A stretch of 64,000 nt of DNA from contig JBFWNS010000001.1 in the NCBI GenBank assembly GCA_050250935.1, positions 160,001-224,000 of the forward strand, written 5' to 3'. A program made the translations under genes and the position numbers. How positions within the stretch are numbered: the first letter of the stretch is position 1; every line of letters starts with the position of its first letter. Below, piece after piece: positions 1 through 9,164 of the stretch. This DNA comes from Candidatus Margulisiibacteriota bacterium. Lineage in GTDB: Bacteria > Margulisbacteria > Marinamargulisbacteria > JBFWNS01. Below the pieces are notes generated by a model, which searched no databases, was not told the origin of the DNA, and worked only from the letters and a program-made list of their open reading frames with translations.

Positions 1-2
1 TT

Positions 3-1400
3 TCGAATACCGACGCCAATCAGGTTCATTATGTTCAGGGCTGGGACCACGGCAAAACCTCGGCTCAACTTAGCCGGCAATTTGGCAGTGCCAAAGTCTC
101 GTTTTCGGGCAGTTACGAAAACGATTGGCGGCAGTCTTCTTACATCAATACCAGCGAACGCGATCGCAAAGAGAGGTCTACTTTTTCGGCTTATGTTGAA
201 AATGACTTTGGCTTTTTTAAGGGGGCTTTCCGCTACAACAAGAACAAAGCTACTCTGGGCTTAGATCGTGCCGACTATGTCTATGTTGGCCCTGGCTATG
301 CCGAGGTTCGCATCGACGATACCAACGACAACCTACAAACCGAACAAAATTTAACCTCCTTAAGCTTGGAAACCTCGGTTATCCCCCTCACCACCACGGT
401 GTTACAAGGGAGCATTTCCAACATCACCCGCTTGGAACTGAACCAAGCCGATGAGGCATTGAACAGTAACGTGGTGTCTCAATTTTGGGGAGTGACCCGG
501 CGCTTGGAACTGCGTAACGAAACCCTACTGTCTTCGGAATGGGCAGCCACCTATGGGTTTGACCTTCAAATCGAGGAAGGATCTTCGGATTATTGGCATC
601 CGCTGTATCCCAGCTCTTTTCCAGCCCAATCGCAGGAAAGCCAAGGCTATTTTGGGCAACTGCAATACACCACGCCAGGCTTTGGGGTTTCGGCCGGGCA
701 TCGGGTTCATATGGATCACACCCAGCACATTTTAAAAGCCTATTCTTTGGGCAGTTACTACCGGGTTGAAGCCTTGGATCTGTTGGTCAAACCCAGCATT
801 GGCACCAGTTTCCGAGAAGCCGGCTTATTTGAGCGCTTTGATAGCTATACCGGAAACCCCGATTTTCAACCCGAAACCACCCTCTCCAAGGACCTGCTGT
901 TGGAAAAACCCCTGGGACCCGTTGTCTTAAGCTGGCGTTGGTTTGAAAACCAGACCTCCAACCTGATTACCTATGATGATTTGAATACCTTCAAATACAT
1001 CCAAAACACCGGTACCGCTATAGCAACCGGTCAAGACTATGCCCTATCCATTCGAAATCTCGGCCCGCTTCAGTTTTTAAAAGCGTCTTACACCCGTCTT
1101 TCTGCCAAAGACAAAACCATTTTGAAAACCCCAGACTGGCAGGCCAACTTAAATGGGGGATTCGTTTTCGATGCCTGGCGTTACGGTTTCGACGCTGCTT
1201 GGGTAGGCTCGCGCTTGGATTCGGCCAGCAAACCGTTGGACGCCTATTTTCAGCTTAATTTGCGCGGGGCTTATCAATGGGGCCCTCAAACGCAATTGGA
1301 AGTCATTTTGTTTAATGCCTTGAATTCCCATCACCAAGAGGTGTACGGATTTAACTCCCACGAACGCAATGTCTACTTTGGCATCAAGCAACAGTTTTAA
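3..1400 (+). CDS. TonB-dependent outer-membrane receptor, 5'-partial (possibly BtuB-like cobalamin receptor)
   Basis: Frame of ORF 366..1400 is open from position 3. Beta-strand-rich sequence with GNPDFQPE and NALN motifs and terminal Phe (YFGIKQQF). Next gene binds B12. Confidence 0.8.
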   Translation, partial: SNTDANQVHYVQGWDHGKTSAQLSRQFGSAKVSFSGSYENDWRQSSYINTSERDRKERSTFSAYVENDFGFFKGAFRYNKNKATLGLDRADYVYVGPGYAEVRIDDTNDNLQTEQNLTSLSLETSVIPLTTTVLQGSISNITRLELNQADEALNSNVVSQFWGVTRRLELRNETLLSSEWAATYGFDLQIEEGSSDYWHPLYPSSFPAQSQESQGYFGQLQYTTPGFGVSAGHRVHMDHTQHILKAYSLGSYYRVEALDLLVKPSIGTSFREAGLFERFDSYTGNPDFQPETTLSKDLLLEKPLGPVVLSWRWFENQTSNLITYDDLNTFKYIQNTGTAIATGQDYALSIRNLGPLQFLKASYTRLSAKDKTILKTPDWQANLNGGFVFDAWRYGFDAAWVGSRLDSASKPLDAYFQLNLRGAYQWGPQTQLEVILFNALNSHHQEVYGFNSHERNVYFGIKQQF

Positions 1401-2688
1401 CACAACGCTTGCTGAAGCGCTGAACAAAAAAATTGGCCTCTACGAACTGTTTCAAATCGTCGAGGCCCTACCCGCCTTACCGGCCAGATCCGAACACATC
1501 CTCTTGGCCACCTTGCCTGGGGATGTGCACCGGCTGGGCACCCGCATTACCCAAGCTTTGCTTGAAAAGGCAGGGTGTCGGGTAGACGTGCACTGGGAAA
1601 TGACGCCCCAGGCCTTGACCCTCTATTTGGCAAACAACAACCCCACCCATATTGTGATGACCTGTTTTTTAACCGCCCAACTGGATTTTTTCGGGGCCTT
1701 GGTCCCCCAGTTGGTCCAAACACAGACTTGTTTGGTTTTGGGTGGATTTGCGTTTTCTCCCCGGACCTTGTCGACGCGATTTAGCACCTTGGCCCCTAAA
1801 ACCGTGCATCCCAAAAACGGCGTCGAAGCTGCGGGGTTTATTTTACAAGCCTGGCCCTTGCCTTGGGTTTCCAGCCTGACGTTTTCGCCAGATCTCGACA
1901 CTGATCGAAGCAAAAAATGCGCCCCGGTCGCGGTTCAAACCCCTTGCCTGCCCCATTCTTTTTCGCCCATCACCCAAACCGATTTTAACCTGGAAACCCT
2001 GTGGGATGCCATTAATCCACGAACCCTCTACAATTTGCATTTGGGCTTCAAGGGCAACCCGCATCAAGCCCAGGGGAATCCCCTGTTTACCGCAATAACA
2101 GAGCGGTTTAATCGCCTAAAACCCCTGGCACATCGGCTCTTTGAACCCCAGGCATTGTGGCAACATTTTAAAGCCAAAAGCAACCACGATCAGATTTGGG
2201 TGTATCCCGAAGCTTCGGCCCCAGTAAGCTGGGATTTCCCCCGAAAAAATGGGATTTGCCTTGCCGATTATCTGCGTCACGACACCGACGATTTTATCAC
2301 CCTCATGGCTGTGACCATTGGAAAAGTCGCGGGAGACCACACCGAAACCCTGTTTCAGCAAGGCCGCTTTACCGACATGCTGTGCTGGCATGCCCTGACC
2401 GTTCAAAGTGCCGAAGCTTTGGCCGAAACCGTTCATGCCCAGTTGCGGCGTATGCACGGTGACGAAGACAGCCCCCCCGATGCCCAATCCCTGTGGGATG
2501 CCCGCTACACCGGCAAACGCTACAGCTTTGGCTACGCGGCTTGCCCCGATTTACGAGGACAGGCCCTATTTTTTAAGTTGCTAAAACCCGAAACCATCGG
2601 GATTCATCTTTCCGAATCGATGATGATGAACCCCGAAGCTTCGGTGAATGCTCTGGTGTTTTACCACCCCGCTGCTGCCTATTTTTGA
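1369..2688 (+). CDS. Cobalamin-binding domain plus methionine synthase (MetH) SAM-dependent reactivation domain protein
   Basis: DxHxxG motif (GDVHRLG). C-terminal GKRYSFGYAACPDL...PEASVNALVFYHPAAAYF matches the MetH activation domain. No Hcy- or folate-binding domains. Confidence 0.8.
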   Translation: MSTLASSNSFNTTLAEALNKKIGLYELFQIVEALPALPARSEHILLATLPGDVHRLGTRITQALLEKAGCRVDVHWEMTPQALTLYLANNNPTHIVMTCFLTAQLDFFGALVPQLVQTQTCLVLGGFAFSPRTLSTRFSTLAPKTVHPKNGVEAAGFILQAWPLPWVSSLTFSPDLDTDRSKKCAPVAVQTPCLPHSFSPITQTDFNLETLWDAINPRTLYNLHLGFKGNPHQAQGNPLFTAITERFNRLKPLAHRLFEPQALWQHFKAKSNHDQIWVYPEASAPVSWDFPRKNGICLADYLRHDTDDFITLMAVTIGKVAGDHTETLFQQGRFTDMLCWHALTVQSAEALAETVHAQLRRMHGDEDSPPDAQSLWDARYTGKRYSFGYAACPDLRGQALFFKLLKPETIGIHLSESMMMNPEASVNALVFYHPAAAYF

Positions 2689-2690
2689 AT

Positions 2691-2826
2691 GGGGCTTGCG
2701 TCGCCCCCTCAACCGAAGCAAGTTCGGTTGAGCCTCCCCCTCACGCTGGCGCTGGGCCTTCGGCCATGGTCTGTTTTTTTGTACAGAGTCCTTTAGGCCC
2801 CTGCGGGGAGGGAAGACAAACTTGCT
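2691..2826 (+). repeat. Dispersed palindromic repeat, copy 1 (second copy at 27120..27255)
   Basis: 2691..2765 is identical to 27120..27194 and similarity continues to 2826/27255. Contains hairpin CTCAACCGAA-GCAAG-TTCGGTTGAG. Confidence 0.95.
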
Positions 2827-2949
2827 TTGGCTTCCCGATTCAAAAACGCTTGCCGTTTTTGTTTATAATTATACTGCCCCTGCGGGGAGGAAAGACAAAC
2901 TTGCTTTGGCTTCCCGATTCAAAAACGCTTGCCGTTTTTGTTTATAATT
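2797..2949 (-). repeat. Tandem duplication of 74-bp twin-hairpin element (2797..2870 and 2876..2949)
   Basis: Near-identical direct repeat with period 79 bp. Minus strand reads CAAAAACG-GCAAG-CGTTTTTG-AATC-GGGAAGCCAAA-GCAAG-TTTGTCTTCCC-TCCCCGC. Confidence 0.95.
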
Positions 2950-2955
2950 TAAACC

Positions 2956-5817
2956 CTACCGCCAATAGCGCCCTACGGTGATGTTGATTGTCTGATGGTC
3001 GGTGTCGTCGTTGAGCATGTACGAGGCGTTGCTGCCAAAGCTGAAGAGGCGGACGCCCATCATGTCGGCCCAAATATCCCCATCCATGACTTCAAAAAAC
3101 TCACCTGTGCCATCGAAGGCCACATCGATTTTGTCCGTTTGACCCGAGCTGACCAAATCGTACCAAACCACCAATCGATAGCTGGAATTCCGGGACAAAA
3201 TGCTGTCGGTTTTGGTAAACGTGGGTAAGGTATAGCTGGATTGACGATTGCCGGCCAATACCGACTCCATAGATCCAAGACTGTACACCATCGACTGACT
3301 GGATGGTCCCGTCACGGGGGTTTTGGCACCGGCAGAGAAGAAATAGTCCGACCAAACACCGGCATCGGATCCACCCATTTTAAACAAGCCCACTTTCCAT
3401 GTACCGGTTTGACCTACGCCAACCCGAGAACTTAGCGTCGATGGGAAGGTTACAGTCCCGTTCAACCCAATGCTCCACGGTGTGGCAGCCCCAACTTTAA
3501 AGCTGGTTCGGCTTTCAGCGCCTTGCCAAACCACACGTCCAGACGATTGCTCCACCAAGACGGGCATGATGTTGAGTTCGTAGGTGGTTTCGTAGTTGTT
3601 CCCGATATCGCGAACCGTACGGGCCAACTGCTGTTTCAACTGGAAGGAATTCCCTTGGATAAAGCGATTGTCTTGCCAAGAGCTCCAAATAAATTTCCAT
3701 TTGTAGTTATCACCACTGGAATCCCAGCTTCCGGAGGGATTAAAGGTATTGTTGTTCCAATCCACTTTAATGGCCGAGAGCCCCAGGTTGATGGCATAGG
3801 CCAAGAAATAGCCATCGGGTACCGTACCAGTCGGTGTATCCCATTGCAGGTTGGGTTGGGCTTTATCCGTATCAACATCCACATCCATGGTTTGCATTTC
3901 AAACGTGTCGTCCCAGCCTGTGGCTTGTACTCTGGCCATGTCCATGCCCCGTGGGTTCCGCCAATTAATCAGGCCAATGCTGGGTTTCAAAATTCTGACC
4001 GTTGTTGATGTCAACACATTGTTGTCGGCATCCAGCACCTTAATCGTGGCCGTTCCCGAAATGTAATCCGTCACAAAGGTGGGGGTAAAGTCTCCAGAAA
4101 AACCTGTATTTTGATAAGGCGAGATGATCCAGGTGACATCGAAAGGATTATCCAAGGCCTTTTTGGATTGAGCAGCATTAAATGCCGAAATGGCAACCAG
4201 GGATTGAGACGATCTTAACGCTTGGGGATTCCCAATCGATTGGGGGTTATTGCCAGCAGAAACGCGTTGGTATTCCACCGTTTGCGTTCCGGTCGAGGTG
4301 GGGTATTCCAAAACCACACGGGCAGCCGCTGCAGAAGCGTTTTCTGCATAAAGAACCACGCGAGAATCCAAGGCATCGGTGGGTTGCCAGTTGTTGTCCG
4401 ATACTTGTCTATAGGCCCGAACAGGAACCAAAGAGGTTTCAACAATGTAATAGCGCCCGGTTTGAATGCTTACAAAATTAATGGCCTTAAGCAATACAAA
4501 CGGATCAAAAACGGGGCCATCGTGGGTAAAAAACTCATTTCGAACCATCAGCGGCAAAGAACTTCCATCCAATAATCCTGCTTGAATCATGACGGCAATG
4601 GCCTGAGGAACCGTCATGGTTTGGCTTTCGGTAATGGGCAATGTCCACCGGTTGTTTTTGGGGAAAATAACCCGCATGGCCGGCATCGTCGTGGTATCGG
4701 ACGTCGCGGTGGCATCGTAAAAGGCGTATAACTTTCTAAGTTGTGAATTATCTTGATTCATAACCCCCAACATTTCTGCCTTAACATTAGCAACCGACCA
4801 ATAGTCCGACTTTAACTCCCCTTCTGGCAAACTCTCGTTAAACGCCTGGGCAAACTCGGCAATGGTTACCGTTACACCATTCAAATAGCCCGTTGCAAAT
4901 TGCTCAATAAAAAATTCTGGTGGCACGCCAACCGAAGATCCGTCTTTGGATCCGCCACCACTTTTACCCCCAAAAATGGACCGAATAATTTGTTTGGCAC
5001 GATCTAGGGTTAAGGTCGCATTAACCTGAGAATCCAAAGCGGCTTGTTGGGCCAATTTTCGTAAATCATCGTCGTTTTGCAACTGCTCGACGATTAGTTT
5101 TTGGGTATCGTCGGGCGCAGGAAACACGTCTTTATTCACCGTAGCATCGGTGGTTGGCTTGACCGGAGACACCCGCTGAATTTCCCCAGAGCTGAGTTTT
5201 GAATTGATGGTATCGGTGATTTTTTGTGTCAATTCGTCGGACAAATCCCCGCTGAATTTATTCCCGTTTCCTTTGGCTACTTTTTCGACCACATAATCCA
5301 CAATAGCCCGGGTCTTTTCAGAGACGTTGGCCGACACGGCCGTTTCTCCGCTTTTAACGTTCACATAGGTGTCCATGCGCAACACGTTTTGGGCTCCGGA
5401 AGAATCTGTCCCTGTTTTGACAATCCCGACCACATATTTTTTACCGTCTGCTATATTTTTGAATTCGTAAGCGCCATCCACCACATTGGCTGTAATGCCC
5501 GTGGGAATAACAGTGCCATCAGATCCAATTTCATATAAAATGGCTGTCCCATCCGACAAAGTCGAAATGTCCGACAAATGTTTTGTGAAGGCTTGAGACA
5601 ACCTTTTGGACGACGACAAACTGCTAATCGAAGACACCGGATTGGTAATCCCCACCTGGCTTTGATCTTGAGCCGATGCAATGACATAGCCACTTAAGGT
5701 GGTGGCCCCCGCATAACTGGTGGTCGAGGTTGTCGACGTGGTGGATTCCGATGCTTTTCCACAGCCCCCCAAAGCCAAAATGAATATCAGCGGAACCGCT
5801 GCAAACCACGTTTTCAT
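2956..5817 (-). CDS. Large hypothetical lipoprotein (~950 aa)
   Basis: ATG at 5817 with GGAGG RBS. Lipoprotein signal MKTWFAAVPLIFILALGG-C, followed by a Ser/Thr linker. Confidence 0.8.
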   Translation of the reverse strand: MKTWFAAVPLIFILALGGCGKASESTTSTTSTTSYAGATTLSGYVIASAQDQSQVGITNPVSSISSLSSSKRLSQAFTKHLSDISTLSDGTAILYEIGSDGTVIPTGITANVVDGAYEFKNIADGKKYVVGIVKTGTDSSGAQNVLRMDTYVNVKSGETAVSANVSEKTRAIVDYVVEKVAKGNGNKFSGDLSDELTQKITDTINSKLSSGEIQRVSPVKPTTDATVNKDVFPAPDDTQKLIVEQLQNDDDLRKLAQQAALDSQVNATLTLDRAKQIIRSIFGGKSGGGSKDGSSVGVPPEFFIEQFATGYLNGVTVTIAEFAQAFNESLPEGELKSDYWSVANVKAEMLGVMNQDNSQLRKLYAFYDATATSDTTTMPAMRVIFPKNNRWTLPITESQTMTVPQAIAVMIQAGLLDGSSLPLMVRNEFFTHDGPVFDPFVLLKAINFVSIQTGRYYIVETSLVPVRAYRQVSDNNWQPTDALDSRVVLYAENASAAAARVVLEYPTSTGTQTVEYQRVSAGNNPQSIGNPQALRSSQSLVAISAFNAAQSKKALDNPFDVTWIISPYQNTGFSGDFTPTFVTDYISGTATIKVLDADNNVLTSTTVRILKPSIGLINWRNPRGMDMARVQATGWDDTFEMQTMDVDVDTDKAQPNLQWDTPTGTVPDGYFLAYAINLGLSAIKVDWNNNTFNPSGSWDSSGDNYKWKFIWSSWQDNRFIQGNSFQLKQQLARTVRDIGNNYETTYELNIMPVLVEQSSGRVVWQGAESRTSFKVGAATPWSIGLNGTVTFPSTLSSRVGVGQTGTWKVGLFKMGGSDAGVWSDYFFSAGAKTPVTGPSSQSMVYSLGSMESVLAGNRQSSYTLPTFTKTDSILSRNSSYRLVVWYDLVSSGQTDKIDVAFDGTGEFFEVMDGDIWADMMGVRLFSFGSNASYMLNDDTDHQTINITVGRYWR

Positions 5818-5850
5818 CTCTGTCCCTCCATTTTTGAAACTGTTTCGTTC

Positions 5851-5879
5851 ATTATACATACTTCTTGCCCCTTTCCCAA
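5851..5879 (-). promoter_or_regulatory. Putative sigma70 promoter of the lipoprotein gene
   Basis: TTGGGA-N17-TATAAT on minus strand. Confidence 0.5.
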
Positions 5880-5977
5880 AATTTTGAGGTTTTAAACCTG
5901 TTTTTTTAATCGAAAATTAGTTTTCTATTTGTGAAGGGGGATTCAAAAATGGTATTCTGATCCTCACTTTTACCCCT

Positions 5978-7243
5978 ATGAACAAACGGTTTTTAGTGCT
6001 TTTAGAACAAGAAATTTCCCTTTGGGTTAACCGTGGCTTTATTCAAGCTGACCAAGGCGAAACCCTTCGTCAGCACTATGCCACCCAAAGCACACCCAAA
6101 CGGGTTTGGGCCCATCCTGGCACCAGCTTGTGGCTTGCCATTGGTGGCTGTTTGGTGGGATTTGGCCTGTTGCTGCTCTTAACTTACCAATGGTCTTTGT
6201 ATCCCATTTGGGTTAAGACCCTTTTCGCCGCCCTGCTTTTGGTGGCTTCTCAAGGTTGCTTTTGGTGGACGCCAAAACCCGCTTCTTCACCGATTTTAAA
6301 AGACCTTTTTTTACTGATGTTTGGACTGGGAACCGGCCTTTCGTTTTTTCTGCTGAATGCAACCTGGCAGTTTTGGTCATACCATGGTTGGCTGGGTCTT
6401 TGGGTGGGCTTTTTGGCCTTGGGGGCTTGGGTTTCGGGCCGAAATAGCCTGACCTATTTCATGATGATTTTGTGCCAACTCTGGTTTGTTCAACATTTTT
6501 CTTGGGTTGAAGGCGGGTTGTTGTTGGCTCTGGTAGGCTGGCAACTTGTCTCGAACAACTGGTTGTCTGCAACGCCCAAAACAGGTCTTTTGCCCGCCGC
6601 TTGGCTGCTTTTTACGGCGATGGGATTGATGCAGGTCTTTAACGGCGGCCCTTTTTCGCTCTATTTTTTGGGATTGGGGCTGTTTTTTTCCCTATTGATT
6701 GTCCGCCACACCCCCAAACTCCACTGGCCCCCAGATTCGGCCATTGGGGTGAGCTTTTTGGGGTTGATGGCTCTCTGTCTTTTTGGCACTTTTAAACTGC
6801 AGTGGCCCTCTTTAATTCAATCGGTTTTGCCAACAACCGTATACTTAGGTTGGGCCAGCACCGTTTTATTAATGGGGCTTGTGGGCCTCTGGGGACTGGC
6901 CTTGTGGCAAAATAAGGCGCGACGTTCGGCTGGGCTGGGGTTTGGGGCAGGGGTTCCAGGTCTGGTTCTGCTGGCTGGGCTCTGGCGTTTGGCCCCCACC
7001 CCCGTTTGGCCCATTCAAACTGCTTTTTTGGTATTGGGTTTATTTTGGTCTGTGTGGCTGGTTCGGGAAGGCCTTTCCAGGAATCAGCTGGCGTGGATCA
7101 ATGTCGGGGGCATCTATGGGACCTTGTTGGTGGCCACCTTCTTTTTCCACCAAGCCTTCGGGGCTGGCCTCCAAGGCTTAGCGTTGCTGATTTTGGGCTC
7201 GGCTATTATCGGTCTTAATTTATATGCAAGGCGAAAATCGTGA
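5978..7243 (+). CDS. DUF2157-like multi-pass membrane protein
   Basis: N-terminal 'WVNRGFIQADQGETLRQHY' followed by many TM helices. Confidence 0.7.
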   Translation: MNKRFLVLLEQEISLWVNRGFIQADQGETLRQHYATQSTPKRVWAHPGTSLWLAIGGCLVGFGLLLLLTYQWSLYPIWVKTLFAALLLVASQGCFWWTPKPASSPILKDLFLLMFGLGTGLSFFLLNATWQFWSYHGWLGLWVGFLALGAWVSGRNSLTYFMMILCQLWFVQHFSWVEGGLLLALVGWQLVSNNWLSATPKTGLLPAAWLLFTAMGLMQVFNGGPFSLYFLGLGLFFSLLIVRHTPKLHWPPDSAIGVSFLGLMALCLFGTFKLQWPSLIQSVLPTTVYLGWASTVLLMGLVGLWGLALWQNKARRSAGLGFGAGVPGLVLLAGLWRLAPTPVWPIQTAFLVLGLFWSVWLVREGLSRNQLAWINVGGIYGTLLVATFFFHQAFGAGLQGLALLILGSAIIGLNLYARRKS

Positions 7244-7824
7244 AAAAACCCAGCTTTTCAACACCCTTGATCGCCCTTGTTCTGACGCAATGGCTTGTAT
7301 TCGGTGGTTTTCTGGCCAACGAAGCTTTGATTCGAGCCTTTGGCACCCATCACCTGTTTCGTTTAGAAGAAAACCCGGTTTCTTTGTATTTGCAACAAAC
7401 CCGTGTTCCCCTTCCGTTTAAAGACACCACCATCACCCTCAATGCTGCCCCGTTTAAATTGGGCGATCAGGGCTATGTGTTGCTGACGAAAGACAGCTAT
7501 GGCTGCGAGGTTCCCTATAGTTTTAGGCCTTCAAAACCCAAGCAAGGTTTTTGTATTCAAGGCACCATTATCGGGTTAACCCCAACGTCCATTACGGTTC
7601 GCTTGGATTTGCCCTCGTTTTTACCCGAAACCCTTCGTGCCCCTCGAACCTCTTTTTCGTCTGCATCAGCCTGGCAAAAAGAGCCCGGACTGGTTACGGT
7701 GCAAATTTGGGGGTCTCAAAGCCGGATTCGCACCCTGTTCATCCGTCGAATGCCGCTTGAAATCTTTCTTAAAACCCCGGCACCTACCCCACAATTTCAG
7801 TTTTTAAAGGAGAAAAAGTCATGA
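7240..7824 (+). CDS. Membrane-anchored protein, GDYXXLXY-family-like (divergent)
   Basis: N-terminal TM anchor. Size and position after a DUF2157 gene fit this family, but the namesake motif is not evident. Confidence 0.45.
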   Translation: MKKPSFSTPLIALVLTQWLVFGGFLANEALIRAFGTHHLFRLEENPVSLYLQQTRVPLPFKDTTITLNAAPFKLGDQGYVLLTKDSYGCEVPYSFRPSKPKQGFCIQGTIIGLTPTSITVRLDLPSFLPETLRAPRTSFSSASAWQKEPGLVTVQIWGSQSRIRTLFIRRMPLEIFLKTPAPTPQFQFLKEKKS

Positions 7825-9164
7825 GCACACCCACCAACAAATTCTTTGTTTTGGATACCAACGTTTTAATCCACAACCCAGCGGCCTTGTACTCGTTTAG
7901 CGAACACACGGTTGTCTTGCCCATCACGGTGATTGAAGAACTCGACAAATTCAAAACCGCTTCCGATAAAAAAGGCATGCATGCCCGGCAAGTCATGCGC
8001 GAAATTGATGGCCTGGTTCGCAAAGGGGCTTTAAAAGAAGGGGCAAAAATCAAAACGGGTGGGAAATTACGCATTGCCCTATGTCCCGAAAAAAGTGTCC
8101 TTAGTTCTTTGGATCTGTCGGTGAATGACAATAAAATTTTAAACTGTGCCCTCTCGTTTTTGGCCCCAGGCAACACTGTTTTTTTTATCTCCAAAGATTT
8201 GAATTCCAGAATCAAGGCCGAGGCACTGGGCATTGTGGCCATGGACTACGAAAAAGAAAAAGTAGAATACACCTCGTTGTACCAGGGTTGGCGCGAGATA
8301 GCTCTGCCACAGGCCAGCATTGATGCGCTGTATAAAGACCATAAACTAGAGGTTAGCAAAACCAACTATTTGGACAACGAGTATTTTTGCATTAAATCTT
8401 TGGAAAACCCCAATACCTCCTGTCTGGCCAAATTTGATGCCCCTCACAATCAACTGGTGCCCATTCGGTCCCATTTCGAAGCCATGGGCGTTAAACCCGC
8501 CAACCTCGAACAACAATTTGCCTTCGATTTATTGCTCAACGACGCGGTGGTCTTGGTCAGTTTGGTGGGACAAGCAGGCACAGGGAAAACCCTGATTGCC
8601 CTGGCCTGCGGCCTTCAACAGGTGCTGGGCAAATCCCCCAAATACGAAAAATTACTGGTGGCCAGACCCATTATGCCCATGGGCAAAGACATTGGCTATT
8701 TACCTGGTACCAAAGACCAAAAGCTTAATTATTGGATGCAGCCTATTTTCGACAACCTGAATTTTATTATGCACAAAGACGAAACCCCAGAAGACGAACA
8801 GCCCCGTTATAAAAAGGCCGAAAAGTTCGACAAAATCGACTACCTTCTGGAATCTCAGTTGCTTGAAATCGAAGCCCTCACCTATATTCGGGGTCGCAGT
8901 ATTCCCAACCAATTTATCATTATTGATGAGGCCCAAAATCTGACCCCTCACGAAATCAAAACCATCATTTCCCGAGCCGGCAAAGGCACCAAAATTGTCC
9001 TGACTGGCGATGCCGAACAAATCGACAACCCCTATTTGGATGCCAATTCCAACGGACTCAGCTACACCGCCGAACACCTCAAAGGCCAACACATTACCGG
9101 CCACATGTTTTTGTCCAAAAGCGAGCGCTCGCCTTTGGCAACCTTGGCGGCAGAGATGTTATAG
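7821..9164 (+). CDS. PIN-domain PhoH family protein (PhoH2/YlaK type)
   Basis: PIN motif FVLDTNVLIH, Walker A GQAGTGKT, YIRGRS, DEAQN. Confidence 0.93.
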   Translation: MSTPTNKFFVLDTNVLIHNPAALYSFSEHTVVLPITVIEELDKFKTASDKKGMHARQVMREIDGLVRKGALKEGAKIKTGGKLRIALCPEKSVLSSLDLSVNDNKILNCALSFLAPGNTVFFISKDLNSRIKAEALGIVAMDYEKEKVEYTSLYQGWREIALPQASIDALYKDHKLEVSKTNYLDNEYFCIKSLENPNTSCLAKFDAPHNQLVPIRSHFEAMGVKPANLEQQFAFDLLLNDAVVLVSLVGQAGTGKTLIALACGLQQVLGKSPKYEKLLVARPIMPMGKDIGYLPGTKDQKLNYWMQPIFDNLNFIMHKDETPEDEQPRYKKAEKFDKIDYLLESQLLEIEALTYIRGRSIPNQFIIIDEAQNLTPHEIKTIISRAGKGTKIVLTGDAEQIDNPYLDANSNGLSYTAEHLKGQHITGHMFLSKSERSPLATLAAEML

